40,944 nucleotides of DNA from Neisseriaceae bacterium (GCA_017446355.1 JAFSQZ010000195.1:1-40944), one strand, 5' to 3'; counted from the stretch's first letter, positions 1 to 9,852 are shown. The notes: generated from the sequence alone by a model not told the origin. Numbers and translations are program-made.

Positions 1-340
1 CAAGTTCTTTATACAAGAGTGCTGGACGCAAGTTGGCAAATAAATTTAAGTCTTTACGAATGGCTAATAAACCACGTTCAGGACGTAAAGGACGATCTAA
101 TGTGTCGTATTTTGGACCGCCTACCGCGCCCAGTAATACAGCATCGGATTGACGACAAATGTTTTGCGTGTATTCAGGATAAGGCGAACCGTATTGGTCA
201 TACGCTTCACCACCCAAAGGAGCAAATTGATAAGTGGCATCTAAACCTTGTTCAATCAGTTTGTCTAATACGCGTACAGCTTGTCCGACAATTTCAGGAC
301 CGATACCGTCTCCGCGTAAAATAGCGATTTGTTTGGTCAT
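1..340 (-). CDS. leuB: 3-isopropylmalate dehydrogenase, N-terminal part (gene runs off the left edge)
   Basis: Own reverse-strand translation from ATG (340-338) reads [51 protein letters not shown]..., a typical LeuB N-terminus. AAGGA lies 8 nt upstream. It lies downstream of leuC-leuD on the same strand. It is absent from the ORF track because there is no stop in the window. Confidence 0.9.
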   Translation of the reverse strand, partial: MTKQIAILRGDGIGPEIVGQAVRVLDKLIEQGLDATYQFAPLGGEAYDQYGSPYPEYTQNICRQSDAVLLGAVGGPKYDTLDRPLRPERGLLAIRKDLNLFANLRPALLYKEL

Positions 341-377
341 AAGGATTTCCTTTTATGTATCTGCGAGAACAAATGAT

Positions 378-392
378 TTCAGGCTGCCTGAA
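378..392. repeat. DUS 15-mer TTCAGGCTGCCTGAA
   Basis: Exact match read from the sequence, in the leuD-leuB spacer. Confidence 0.9.
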
Positions 393-416
393 ACCATTTT
401 TATTGAAAAATAAACA

Positions 417-431
417 TTCAGGCTGCCTGAA
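417..431. repeat. DUS 15-mer TTCAGGCTGCCTGAA
   Basis: Exact match, in the leuD-leuB spacer. Confidence 0.9.
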
Positions 432-488
432 AAGTTTTGGTTTTAAAAGTAATGATTGCTTTAATAGTCTAGCAATTATTTAGTTTGT

Positions 489-503
489 TTCAGGCAGCCT
501 GAA
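489..503. repeat. DUS 15-mer TTCAGGCAGCCTGAA
   Basis: Exact match, 5 nt from the leuD stop and inverted relative to the copy at 417. Confidence 0.9.
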
Positions 504-507
504 AATA

Positions 508-1152
508 TTAAATTTGGTGAAATAACCAAGGTTGTTGTGCTTTGCGTTGGTTTTCAAAAGCTTTGATTTCATCAGCGTGTTGCAAGGTTAAGCCGATTTC
601 ATCTAAACCATTGAGCAAGCAATGCTTGCGATGCTCGGTAATGTCAAAGTGAAAAACTTTGCCACTGGGTGTGCTTACGGTTTGTGCAGGCAAATCAATG
701 TTTAACTGATAGCCTTCGTTGGCAAACGTTTCTTGAAAGAGTTGCTCCACATTTTCTTCACTTAATACGATGGGCAATAAGCCATTTTTATAACAATTAT
801 TGAAGAAAATATCGGCAAAACTGGGGGCAATAATGGCGCGAAAACCGTAATCATCTAATGCCCAAGGTGCGTGTTCACGTGATGAGCCACAACCAAAATT
901 TTTGCGTGTCAGCAAAATTTGCGCGCCTTGATAACGCGCTTGATTCAGCGAAAATTCTGGATTAAGTGGTCGTTTACTGTTGTCCATACCTGGTTCGCCA
1001 TGATCTAAATAACGCCATTCGTCAAAACAGTTTACGCCAAAACCAGAACGTTTAATGGATTTTAAAAATTGTTTAGGAATGATTGCATCGGTGTCTACAT
1101 TGTTGCGGTCTAATGGTGCAACCAAAGCTTTAAGTGTATTAAAGGATTTCAT
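508..1152 (-). CDS. leuD: 3-isopropylmalate dehydratase small subunit
   Basis: 214-aa ORF with the small-subunit signature [20 protein letters not shown], directly downstream of leuC. Confidence 0.93.
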   Translation of the reverse strand: MKSFNTLKALVAPLDRNNVDTDAIIPKQFLKSIKRSGFGVNCFDEWRYLDHGEPGMDNSKRPLNPEFSLNQARYQGAQILLTRKNFGCGSSREHAPWALDDYGFRAIIAPSFADIFFNNCYKNGLLPIVLSEENVEQLFQETFANEGYQLNIDLPAQTVSTPSGKVFHFDITEHRKHCLLNGLDEIGLTLQHADEIKAFENQRKAQQPWLFHQI

Positions 1153-1166
1153 ATTTTTTCCTAACT

Positions 1167-1181
1167 TTCAGGCAGCCTGAA
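1167..1181. repeat. DUS 15-mer TTCAGGCAGCCTGAA
   Basis: Exact match, in the leuC-leuD spacer. Confidence 0.9.
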
Positions 1182-1190
1182 TACGTTTGT

Positions 1191-2594
1191 TTACAAGGTG
1201 CGAACATCAGTAAAATGTCCCGTTACCGCTGCTGCGGCTGCCATAGCTGGACTAACTAAATGTGTACGTCCGCCATTGCCTTGACGACCTTCAAAATTAC
1301 GATTGGAAGTGGACGCGCAACGTTGTTGTGGTTCTAAACGGTCTGCATTCATCGCTAAACACATTGAACAACCTGGTTCGCGCCATTCAAAACCTGCTTC
1401 AATAAAGATTTTGTCCAAACCTTCAGCTTCAGCCTGCGCTTTTACCAAGCCTGAACCAGGTACAATCAAAACACGTTGCACGTTGTCTGCTTTACGGCGA
1501 CCTTTTGCCACAGCAGCAGCAGCGCGTAAATCTTCAATGCGACTATTGGTGCAAGAACCGATAAAAACAATATCCACAGGAATTTGATTGATAGGTGTGC
1601 CTGCGCTTAAACCCATATATTCTAACGCACGTTCCATACCCGCACGTTTAACAGCATCTTGCTCATCAGCTGGATTAGGAATGCAATCATTGATGCTTAA
1701 CACCATTTCTGGCGATGTTCCCCACGTTACTTGTGGTTCAATATCTTCGGCGTTGAAACGGAATGTTTTGTCAAATACCGCACCATCGTCTGAAACCAAA
1801 GTTTTCCAGTAAGCAACGGCTTTATCCCAATTTTCACCTTTTGGTGCAAAAGGTTTGTCTTTAACGTAGTTAATGGTGGTATCGTCCACAGCAACCATAC
1901 CTGAACGCGCACCTGCTTCAATCGCCATATTACACAGCGTCATACGTCCTTCCATACTCAAACTGCGAACGGCTGAACCACCAAATTCAACGGCATAACC
2001 TGTGCCACCTGCTGTGCCAATTTGTCCAATAATGTATAAAGCAAGGTCTTTGGCTGTAATCCCTGCTTTCAGGCTGCCTGAAACTTCAATCAACATAGAT
2101 TTGGATTTTTTGGCAGTAATACATTGGGTTGCCATTGTGTGTTCCACTTCGGAAGTACCAATACCGTGCGCCAATGCGCCAAATGCGCCGTGTGTTGAAG
2201 TATGCGAATCACCGCACACCACCGTCATACATGGCAGTGTTGCGCCTTGTTCAGGACCCATCACATGCACAATCCCCTGCCCTTTGTCTTTAAAAGGGAA
2301 ATACGCCAACGCGCCAAATTCTTTAATATTGCTGTCTAATGTGTCCACTTGCAATTTAGAAATTGGGTCTTGAATACCTTTATCCCAATCACTGGTAGGT
2401 GTATTGTGGTCAGCAGTAGAAACCACGCTGTCTACACGCCAAAGTTTTCGATTGGCTAATTTTAAGCCCTCAAATGCTTGCGGGCTGGTAACTTCGTGAA
2501 CTAAATGACGGTCAATATACAGCAACACAGTACCATCTTCTTCTTCGCGGACAATGTGGCTGTTCCAAAGTTTATCGTATAAGGTTTGTGCCAT
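1191..2594 (-). CDS. leuC: 3-isopropylmalate dehydratase large subunit
   Basis: 467-aa ORF with aconitase-family motifs [19 protein letters not shown] and GCSMCLAMN. Confidence 0.95.
   Translation of the reverse strand: MAQTLYDKLWNSHIVREEEDGTVLLYIDRHLVHEVTSPQAFEGLKLANRKLWRVDSVVSTADHNTPTSDWDKGIQDPISKLQVDTLDSNIKEFGALAYFPFKDKGQGIVHVMGPEQGATLPCMTVVCGDSHTSTHGAFGALAHGIGTSEVEHTMATQCITAKKSKSMLIEVSGSLKAGITAKDLALYIIGQIGTAGGTGYAVEFGGSAVRSLSMEGRMTLCNMAIEAGARSGMVAVDDTTINYVKDKPFAPKGENWDKAVAYWKTLVSDDGAVFDKTFRFNAEDIEPQVTWGTSPEMVLSINDCIPNPADEQDAVKRAGMERALEYMGLSAGTPINQIPVDIVFIGSCTNSRIEDLRAAAAVAKGRRKADNVQRVLIVPGSGLVKAQAEAEGLDKIFIEAGFEWREPGCSMCLAMNADRLEPQQRCASTSNRNFEGRQGNGGRTHLVSPAMAAAAAVTGHFTDVRTL
2068..2082. 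repeat. DUS 15-mer TTCAGGCTGCCTGAA
   Basis: Exact match inside leuC, where it encodes VSGSLK on the minus strand. Confidence 0.9.
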
Positions 2595-2745
2595 AATGGG
2601 TCTTCTTTAAATAACGAAAATAAAAACAAAAGCTGGTATTTTAGACTTTGTAGACAAGATTGCAAGCGTGTTATGCAGTTAAACATTTTAAAAAAACTAT
2701 TTTAGACATTTTGTCTACATTAACAACTAGCATTATCGTTTGGAT

Positions 2746-3192
2746 TTAACGTTCGTGTTTCATTAAACGTTGTTTTTCACGTTTCCAATCCGCTTCTTTG
2801 GACGCATCACGTTTATCGTGTAGTTTTTTACCTTTGGCTAAACCAATCTCGGCTTTAATTCGTCCGCGCGTAAAGTGCAAATTTAAAGGCACAATCGTGT
2901 AACCAGCACGTTCGGTTTTCCCAATCAGTTTATTGATTTCGCGTTGATTTAACAAAAGTTTTCTGGCGCGAACAGGATTGGGTTTAACGTGTGTAGAAGC
3001 TGTTGGTAAAGCGGTGATGTGGCAACCGACCAAATAAAAAGCATCTTTTTTCCAGTGAATATAACTTTCTTTAAGTTGCACTCGCCCCGCACGAATGGCT
3101 TTTACTTCCCAGCCTTCTAACACCAATCCTGCTTCTAATTGTTCTTCAATAAAATAGTCGTGAAAGGCTTTTCGGTTGTTGGCAATAGACAT
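2746..3192 (-). CDS. smpB: SsrA-binding protein SmpB
   Basis: 148-aa [32 protein letters not shown] and the basic C-terminal tail are typical of SmpB. AAAGGA lies upstream of the ATG. Confidence 0.92.
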   Translation of the reverse strand: MSIANNRKAFHDYFIEEQLEAGLVLEGWEVKAIRAGRVQLKESYIHWKKDAFYLVGCHITALPTASTHVKPNPVRARKLLLNQREINKLIGKTERAGYTIVPLNLHFTRGRIKAEIGLAKGKKLHDKRDASKEADWKREKQRLMKHER

Positions 3193-3337
3193 AGTGTTGC
3201 TTTCCTTTTTATCTTTTATACTTAATTAAACTATTGTTTTTCAGACTGCCTGAAAATCTTAATAAAATCAACTCATTTTCTGCTTGTTGCAATTCATCAA
3301 TATATTGTTCGCTCATTATTTTACCTTTACATTATAT

Positions 3338-3352
3338 TTCAGGCTGCCTGAA
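3338..3352. repeat. DUS 15-mer TTCAGGCTGCCTGAA
   Basis: Exact match, in the dnaG-smpB spacer. Confidence 0.9.
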
Positions 3353-3379
3353 ATTAAATAAATCCGTTCTTCGTATCTA

Positions 3380-3422
3380 GGAGATTGCCACGCCATTGCT
3401 TTGCAATGGCTCGCAATGACGG
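3380..3422 (+). repeat. Hairpin repeat unit GGAGATTGCCACG-[variable hairpin]-CTCGCAATGAC, copy 1
   Basis: GGAGATTGCCACGCCATTGCTTTGCAATGGCTCGCAATGACGG. The inner stem is GCCATTGC/GCAATGGC. It lies between two DUS in the dnaG-smpB spacer. Confidence 0.6.
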
Positions 3423-3428
3423 TTATTT

Positions 3429-3443
3429 TTCAGGCTGCCTGAA
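3429..3443. repeat. DUS 15-mer TTCAGGCTGCCTGAA
   Basis: Exact match that abuts the dnaG stop codon. Confidence 0.9.
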
Positions 3444-5255
3444 TTATTTTAGCGTTAAGAGTTTCAATAATAATTGTTTGGCGTGTTCATCGCCTTGTGC
3501 AGCTTGTGGGCGAAGACGTTGGATTTGTTCTTTTTTGAGTTCATCAATCATACGTTTAATCCCCTCTTGAAACTCGCGTTGTTGATTTTTTTGACGTTCT
3601 TTTTGTTGTTTGGCTTCTTTGTCGGAAAGTTCGCTTTCGTTGTTTTTGGTCAAATATTCATTGTCGTGTTCCATATTTTGCAACAGATAATTGACGGTGT
3701 TTTCATAAGGCGTGTCGCGCAGGTGTTCTAATAATTGGGCGATGGTTTGCGATGGGTGTCGTTGGCAAATTTGGGCAAGATGAATGAAACACGCATAATC
3801 ATCGTTAAGCGGTAAATAATCAGGCAGCAATACGTCTTTTGCCCATTGTGGGTGAAACAATAATGTGCGAATTTGTTTTTGTGCCAAAGTAAACATTTCA
3901 GGCTGCCTGAATGTTTCGCGTGGGAGTTTGTAACTTTTTGCGCTAACATGGCGGATAGGCGCGGCTTGTCCAATTAAATGCGCTAAATTACTGGGGTCAA
4001 TGCCGACTAATTCGCTTAATTGTTGTTTTAATAAAAATGCTAATGTGGGCGCGTTGATTTGTTTGAGTAAGGGGGCTGCGCGTTGTACTAATTCGGCTTT
4101 GCTTTCTTGTTGATTGAGATTTAAATCGGCGGTTAGTGCGTTATAAAAATACGCGGATAATGTTTGACTTTGGGTTTGTAAACGTTGTTCAAAGTCGTTT
4201 TTGCCAAATTCACGCACGTAACTATCGGGGTCGTGGTCTTCTGGTAAAAATAGAAAATGTAAGGTTTTGTTGTCTTTTAGTTGTGGCAAGGCGTTTTCTA
4301 AAGCACGCCAAGCGGCTTTTTTGCCCGCACTGTCGCCATCAAAACAGAAATAAATATCATCGGTTTGACGCATTAAGATTTTTATATGGTCTGCGGTAGT
4401 GGCGGTGCCGAGTGATGCAACCGCATAACCGATGCCATACTGCGCCAAAGCAACAACGTCCATATAACCTTCTACCACCAAGATTTTTTGCGCTTCTTTT
4501 ATTGCACCACGTGCTTCGTATAAACCGTAAAGATTTTTGCCTTTGTCAAATAATGGCGTGTCAGGCGAGTTTAAGTATTTGGGTTTACTGTCGTCCAATA
4601 CGCGTCCACCAAATCCGATGATTTGTCCTGTCGCGCTGCGAATGGGAAACATAATGCGGTGGCGAAAACGGTCATATTGTCTACCTTCGTTATCCAACAC
4701 CATTCCTGTTTGTATTAGCCATTCGTTTGGGTAAGGTTGAAAAAGTTTGGCAAGCGGTGTCCAGCCTTCTGGTGCGTAACCGATGCCATAATGCGCAATG
4801 ATTTCAGACGATAAACCACGTTTTTGTACATACTGTTTGGCATTTTCGTGTGCATTTAATTGTTGTTGGTAAAACGCAACAGCTTGATTCATCACGTTTT
4901 CCATATTTTGCTGCTGGGTTTTACGCGCTTCGCGTTGTGCAGGATTTTCAGGCAGCTCATTGTTTTGATGCGGCACTTTTAAACCCACACGGTCAGCTAA
5001 ATAATGCACGGCTTCGGTAAACGATAAACCTTGATATTCCATAATGAAACCAATTGCCGAGCCGTGTGCGCCACAACCAAAACAATGGTAAAACTGTTTG
5101 CTGGGCGACACAGAAAATGAAGCTGATTTTTCTTTGTGAAAAGGACAACACGCCATATAGTTTGCACCACTTTTTTTCAAGGGTACGGCTTGGTCAATCA
5201 CTTCAACAATATCAACTTTGCTTAACAGTTCATCAATAAAATCGTGTGGAATCAT
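3444..5255 (-). CDS. dnaG: DNA primase
   Basis: 603-aa ORF with the CHC2 zinc finger CPFHKEKSASFSVSPSKQFYHCFGCGAHG and TOPRIM region EGYMDVVAL...CFDGDSAGKKAA. Confidence 0.95.
   Translation of the reverse strand: MIPHDFIDELLSKVDIVEVIDQAVPLKKSGANYMACCPFHKEKSASFSVSPSKQFYHCFGCGAHGSAIGFIMEYQGLSFTEAVHYLADRVGLKVPHQNNELPENPAQREARKTQQQNMENVMNQAVAFYQQQLNAHENAKQYVQKRGLSSEIIAHYGIGYAPEGWTPLAKLFQPYPNEWLIQTGMVLDNEGRQYDRFRHRIMFPIRSATGQIIGFGGRVLDDSKPKYLNSPDTPLFDKGKNLYGLYEARGAIKEAQKILVVEGYMDVVALAQYGIGYAVASLGTATTADHIKILMRQTDDIYFCFDGDSAGKKAAWRALENALPQLKDNKTLHFLFLPEDHDPDSYVREFGKNDFEQRLQTQSQTLSAYFYNALTADLNLNQQESKAELVQRAAPLLKQINAPTLAFLLKQQLSELVGIDPSNLAHLIGQAAPIRHVSAKSYKLPRETFRQPEMFTLAQKQIRTLLFHPQWAKDVLLPDYLPLNDDYACFIHLAQICQRHPSQTIAQLLEHLRDTPYENTVNYLLQNMEHDNEYLTKNNESELSDKEAKQQKERQKNQQREFQEGIKRMIDELKKEQIQRLRPQAAQGDEHAKQLLLKLLTLK
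3897..3911. repeat. DUS 15-mer TTCAGGCTGCCTGAA
   Basis: Exact match inside dnaG, where it encodes FRQPE. Confidence 0.9.
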
Positions 5256-5277
5256 AAGGTTAGATTATTTAAAACTT

Positions 5278-5590
5278 TTCAGGCTGGGTAGATTAAACAT
5301 TCAAGTACAACACTTGTGTTAAAGAACGGCGAGATAAGTAGCAGGCTTAATGTTGTTAGTCAGAAAGGAATATTATGGCTTACAACCATCTCACCAAATT
5401 AGAAAAATACCACATACAATGGTATCTTGACAACAAATGCACATTAAGAAAAATTGCCATTGCATTAAAACAAACCGTATCAACCATTAGTCGCAAAATT
5501 ATTCGTTGCAAAGCAGCTGGGTATAGCCAATACACTGCTGATTATCTAAACAATGAAATGATTTGTTTCGCCACATTTTATTCAGAATAA
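5278..5590 (+). mobile_element. IS30-family element remnant: left terminal sequence plus truncated transposase N-terminus (HTH only)
   Basis: The 71-aa ORF (5375-5590) begins MAYNHLTKLEKYHIQWYLDNKCTLRKIAIALKQTVSTISRKIIRCK, matching the IS30-type N-terminal HTH pattern (xYxHLTxxERYxI...STISREIxRN). It stops after about 60 relevant residues with no DDE domain. The upstream 39 nt (5278-5316) are 33/39 identical to 38074-38112. Confidence 0.6.
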
Positions 5591-5620
5591 TAGATACACG
5601 ATGCATAAGCATTTCTATCT

Positions 5621-5660
5621 AAAAAAAGACAGATGTTAATTCAAACATCTGTCTTTTTTT
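5621..5660. terminator. Bidirectional rho-independent terminator
   Basis: Perfect 11-bp stem AGACAGATGTT/AACATCTGTCT with a 6-nt loop, flanked by A7 on the left and T7 on the right. It lies 16 nt downstream of the cspD stop. Confidence 0.85.
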
Positions 5661-5675
5661 GCTTACGCCTAGAAA

Positions 5676-5879
5676 TTAAGCGTCTTGAATATTGGTCGCC
5701 TGCAAGCCTTTTGGACCTTCTGCAACATCAAAAGAAACTTTTTGACCTTCTTTTAAGGTTTTAAATCCTTCCATATTGATGGCAGAAAAGTGTGCAAACA
5801 AGTCATCGCCACCTGCATCAGGAGTGATAAAACCAAATCCTTTTGCATTATTGAACCATTTTACTGTGCCAGTTGCCAT
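5676..5879 (-). CDS. cspD: Cold-shock domain protein (CspD-like)
   Basis: 67-aa [18 protein letters not shown] (RNP1) and DLFAHFS (RNP2). It is divergent from clpS-clpA, as cspD is in E. coli. Confidence 0.85.
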   Translation of the reverse strand: MATGTVKWFNNAKGFGFITPDAGGDDLFAHFSAINMEGFKTLKEGQKVSFDVAEGPKGLQATNIQDA

Positions 5880-6091
5880 AAGATATTACTCTTTCCTACA
5901 AAAATTAAGATTAAAAAAACAGCGAAAGGTGGCGCAGATTTTAATGAAACTAGCCAGCAAACTATTTTACAAGCTGCGTCGTTTTCGCTAATATGGCGTT
6001 TTACTTTGCTTGATATTTTCTGTCAAGCACGTTTTTTGAAAATAAGCTTTTTTGCACATATGCAAGAAAAAAATACAACACAAGTACGCTT

Positions 6092-6415
6092 ATGACTACT
6101 GCTACTCAAATTCAAGAACAAATTTCTTTGAACCAGCAAACCGCGAAAGAAGAAGTTTCAACACCCAAAAAATATGGCGTTTTTTTGCTGAATGATCATT
6201 ACACGCCAATGGATTTTGTGGTGGATATTTTACAAAATGTTTTCAGGCTGCCTAAAACACAAGCTGTAACGATTATGTTACAAGTGCATCACGAAGGTAA
6301 GGGTTTGTGTGGACGATACACTAAAGATGTTGCACAAACCAAACAGCAACAAGTCTTAAATGCAGCAGTAAATGCTGGACACCCTTTGATGTGCGTAGTA
6401 GAGGAATTGGTATGA
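6092..6415 (+). CDS. clpS: ATP-dependent Clp protease adaptor ClpS
   Basis: 107-aa ORF. The YGVFLLNDHYTPMDFVVDILQNVF core is typical of ClpS. Its stop overlaps the clpA ATG (ATGA). Confidence 0.92.
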   Translation: MTTATQIQEQISLNQQTAKEEVSTPKKYGVFLLNDHYTPMDFVVDILQNVFRLPKTQAVTIMLQVHHEGKGLCGRYTKDVAQTKQQQVLNAAVNAGHPLMCVVEELV

Positions 6416-8715
6416 TTTCGGTACAACTAGAAAAAATTTTACAACAGGTTCACGAGTTTGCTCTGCAACAATCACACGAGTTTGTAGGCTTGGAGCATCT
6501 ACTGTATAAAATTGTGCAATCTTCATCTAATGTGCGTTCAGCATTGCATCAATGTGGTGTAGATTTAGCTTTGCTGGAAATGCAATTATTAGAATCCATT
6601 AAAAACAATACGCCCACAGTGGATAATGCCGACCCTGAACCCACCATTGGTTTTGAACGAATTATTCAACGTGCTTTGATTCATGTGCGTCAGTCTTCGC
6701 AACAAGAAGTGAAACCAGAAGACGTGGTGGTAGCGATTTTAGACGAAGACGATAGTCCTGCTGCTTATTTGTTGCAAATCAACGGTGTAACACGCTTTCA
6801 GTTTTTGCAACACATCTCCCACCAAGAATTTAATTTAGATTTAAATGAAATCGTGCCAACACAAGACGAAACGTCAGAAGACAAAGAACAGCAAGAACAA
6901 CAAGTAGACCCTTTAACGGCTTATACAGTGGATTTAAATCAAGAAGTTCGCGCTGGAAGAATTGATCCCTTGATTGGACGCGAAACAGAAATGGAACGTA
7001 TGTTGCAGATTTTGTGTCGCCGTCGCAAAAATAATCCTTTGCTTACAGGTGAAGCAGGCGTAGGTAAAACTGCATTAGCCGAAGGTTTGGCTTATTTGAT
7101 TGAAGAAAATAAAGTTCCCGAAGTTTTGGCTGGGGCAACTGTATTTTCTTTGGACATAGGCGCGTTACTGGCAGGAACCAAATATCGTGGTGATTTGGAA
7201 GCACGTTTTAAAGCCTTGATAAACGCTTTGGAAGCGCATCAACACGCGATTTTATTTATTGACGAAATTCACGTGATTATGGGTGCTGGCAAATCCAGCG
7301 ACAGTAGCATAGACATTTCCAATTTATTGAAACCAGCCTTAAATAAAGGTTCGTTTCGTTGTGTTGGTGCAACCACTTATGAAGAATTTCGCACCACATT
7401 CAGTAAAGATCACGCGCTTAATCGCCGTTTTCAAAAAATTGATGTATTGGAACCCAGTATTGATGAAACCGTTGCTATTTTGCAAGGCTTGAAACCTATA
7501 TTTGAATCGCATCATCACGTTCAATACACTGATGAAGCCTTTCAGGCAGCTGCACAATTGTCCGCAAAATACATCAATCAATCTTTCTTACCCGATAAAG
7601 CCATTGATGTCATTGATGAAGCAGGCGCAGCAGAACGCATTGCACCAGCAAACAATCGTGTATCACAAATTGGTAAAGCACAGATTGAACGCGTGATTGC
7701 CAAAATAGCACGCATTCCCGAACAATCCGTATCACAAGACGACAAACAAAAACTACAATATTTAGCGCGTGATTTAAAAGACAAAGTATTCGGACAAGAG
7801 CAAGCCATTGATGCATTGGTTGCTGCTGTCAAACTCACACGTTCAGGTTTAGGGCTGCCTGATAAACCCATTGGTTGTTTTTTATTTTCTGGACCAACTG
7901 GCGTAGGCAAAACCGAAGTTGCCAAACAACTTGCTGCTTCTTTAAGCATTCCTTTGCAACGTTTTGATATGTCCGAATATATGGAAGCACACGCTGTTTC
8001 TCGTTTAATTGGTGCGCCACCTGGATATGTTGGTTACGAACAAGGCGGTTTACTGACTGAAGCCATTAACAAACAACCACATTGCGTATTACTTTTGGAC
8101 GAAATAGAAAAAGCTCATCGCGATATTTACAACGTTTTGTTGCAAGTGATGGACAACGGCAAACTCACCGACAACAACGGACGTAGCGCAGATTTTCGCA
8201 ATGTCGTATTGATTATGACCACCAATGCAGGCGCGGAAGCATTAAGTCGTCCCACATTTGGATTCACCAGCAAGCACGAACGCGGTGATGAAATGCAGGA
8301 AATCAACAAACAATTCAGTCCTGAATTTCGCAACCGTTTAGATGCCATTATTCCGTTTGCACCACTGACTTTACCCATTATTGAGCGTGTTGTAGACAAA
8401 TTCTTGGCGCAATTGAGCGAACAATTACTTGATAAAAACGTTCAAGCACAATTTGGTAAACACTTGCGTGCTTATCTTGCCAAAGAAGGTTTTGACCCAC
8501 AAATGGGCGCACGTCCAATGAATCGTTTAATTCAAGAAAAAATCCGCAAAGTATTAGCTGATGAACTATTATTTGGACAACTCAGCGATGGTGGCAATGT
8601 TTCCATAGACTGGAACGAACAACAGCAAAAAATCACGCTGGATATTCGTAAAAATGAAACAAAAACACGCAAAAAAGAAACGGTTAAAATGCTTTTAGAA
8701 CACCTAAAAGGGTAA
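6412..8715 (+). CDS. clpA: ATP-dependent Clp protease ATP-binding subunit ClpA
   Basis: Two AAA+ modules with Walker A motifs GEAGVGKT and GPTGVGKT, plus the ClpA N-domain. I prefer the ATG at 6412 ([10 protein letters not shown]), which overlaps the clpS stop, over the GTG at 6391 given in the ORF track. Confidence 0.93.
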   Translation: MISVQLEKILQQVHEFALQQSHEFVGLEHLLYKIVQSSSNVRSALHQCGVDLALLEMQLLESIKNNTPTVDNADPEPTIGFERIIQRALIHVRQSSQQEVKPEDVVVAILDEDDSPAAYLLQINGVTRFQFLQHISHQEFNLDLNEIVPTQDETSEDKEQQEQQVDPLTAYTVDLNQEVRAGRIDPLIGRETEMERMLQILCRRRKNNPLLTGEAGVGKTALAEGLAYLIEENKVPEVLAGATVFSLDIGALLAGTKYRGDLEARFKALINALEAHQHAILFIDEIHVIMGAGKSSDSSIDISNLLKPALNKGSFRCVGATTYEEFRTTFSKDHALNRRFQKIDVLEPSIDETVAILQGLKPIFESHHHVQYTDEAFQAAAQLSAKYINQSFLPDKAIDVIDEAGAAERIAPANNRVSQIGKAQIERVIAKIARIPEQSVSQDDKQKLQYLARDLKDKVFGQEQAIDALVAAVKLTRSGLGLPDKPIGCFLFSGPTGVGKTEVAKQLAASLSIPLQRFDMSEYMEAHAVSRLIGAPPGYVGYEQGGLLTEAINKQPHCVLLLDEIEKAHRDIYNVLLQVMDNGKLTDNNGRSADFRNVVLIMTTNAGAEALSRPTFGFTSKHERGDEMQEINKQFSPEFRNRLDAIIPFAPLTLPIIERVVDKFLAQLSEQLLDKNVQAQFGKHLRAYLAKEGFDPQMGARPMNRLIQEKIRKVLADELLFGQLSDGGNVSIDWNEQQQKITLDIRKNETKTRKKETVKMLLEHLKG

Positions 8716-8719
8716 CAAA

Positions 8720-9424
8720 ATGAAAAAAATATTCACCCACATTGTAAGCTTATTACTTGCCAGCCAATTGAGTGCTTGCGCCACACAAGCACTATGGAAC
8801 AAAGATGCCACCACTTATACCGAAAAATACCAAGACATCGGCACAGATAAAGTTTATGCATTTGCCCAAGTTAAACAAAACAAAGCAATGTTTCAGGCAG
8901 GTGATTTAGTGATGATGGGCGAAAATTATTGGTATGTAATAAACAAAAAAACAGCAGAAGAAAAAAACCTGTTGCCCATCTTAAATGCAAGTTTTCCATT
9001 AGCTTATAAAGTAGATAGAGTAAATATTATTCTTAAAGAGAAAAAGCAACAAGACGCTCAAGAAACACCATTTTATACAAAATTTTGTTTGGGTTATGAC
9101 GCACAAAACCATCACGAAATTGAAAAATTAAAAGCACTTAATTTTCAAGCCAGTGATAAGCAGCCTGAACATTATCAACAATGCTTAACGGTTCACGGCT
9201 CACTTTACCGTTCACCAGAGCAAATACCTGCTGACTATCATTTTGAAACCACCATTCCTGTTTATTTGCAAACATTCTCGCTTGAAAAACACACCAACCC
9301 AGCTTTATACATTGGACAGTTGTTAGGTTCAGTGGTTACCATACCTTTTGATGCAGCAATGATAGGAGCTGCTATTATGGTTGCGATTCCCATTTTTATG
9401 GTAGTGGGAGAACCTAAAAAATAG
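8720..9424 (+). CDS. Hypothetical lipoprotein with C-terminal hydrophobic helix
   Basis: 234-aa ORF with a signal peptide and lipobox LLASQLSAC (Cys20) and a C-terminal helix AAMIGAAIMVAIPIFMVVG followed by EPKK. The start is 4 nt after the clpA stop. I recognise no family. Confidence 0.6.
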   Translation: MKKIFTHIVSLLLASQLSACATQALWNKDATTYTEKYQDIGTDKVYAFAQVKQNKAMFQAGDLVMMGENYWYVINKKTAEEKNLLPILNASFPLAYKVDRVNIILKEKKQQDAQETPFYTKFCLGYDAQNHHEIEKLKALNFQASDKQPEHYQQCLTVHGSLYRSPEQIPADYHFETTIPVYLQTFSLEKHTNPALYIGQLLGSVVTIPFDAAMIGAAIMVAIPIFMVVGEPKK

Positions 9425-9533
9425 GCGTTACATTAAAAATAATTTAATAATCAATAAATTAAAACAACATAAAAAACATACCCAAAAACACGTTTTTAAT
9501 ATCAACGTTCAAAAAGCATCAATGAACGTTTAT

Positions 9534-9548
9534 TTCAGGCAGCCTGAA
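9534..9548. repeat. DUS 15-mer TTCAGGCAGCCTGAA
   Basis: Exact match, 110 nt downstream of the lipoprotein gene. Confidence 0.9.
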
Positions 9549-9852
9549 ACAAAGAACGTCATCAAATAATGGTTTTTACTAAAATCATTAGATTAAATTT
9601 GATAAAACTGTTGTAAATCAACGCATTATCAATATGAATACAAAAACAATATCAACAACGCTAGGATTTTTTATATCAAGTTTACTGATTTTTTCTTTTT
9701 CAATAAAAATCAAAAGATAGCGTGATTTTTATCGTTTTTAATGGACTTTTACGGCTAACTTTGCCAAAATTACAGAGTTTTTTGTCTAAACAAATTATTG
9801 TTGCCAAAACACAGCAACAGCATCTTTAACTAATGATAGAGAGTTTAACATC

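Noticed and set aside
19-324. 101-aa plus-strand ORF at the left edge.
   Set aside because: It is antisense to a clear leuB N-terminus on the minus strand and has no recognisable motifs.
2595-2745. Search for a leucine-rich leader peptide and attenuator upstream of leuC.
   Set aside because: The short ORFs present (MLVVNVDKMSKI and MSKIVFLKCLTA) have no run of Leu codons, and no alternative terminator/antiterminator pair is evident.
3209-3316. 35-codon minus-strand ORF ([35 protein letters not shown]) ending 17 nt before the smpB ATG, with AAGG 9 nt upstream.
   Set aside because: Its second half is the translation of a degenerate DUS and AT-rich spacer. I recognise no family. It may be a remnant or chance ORF and would need conservation or ribosome profiling data.
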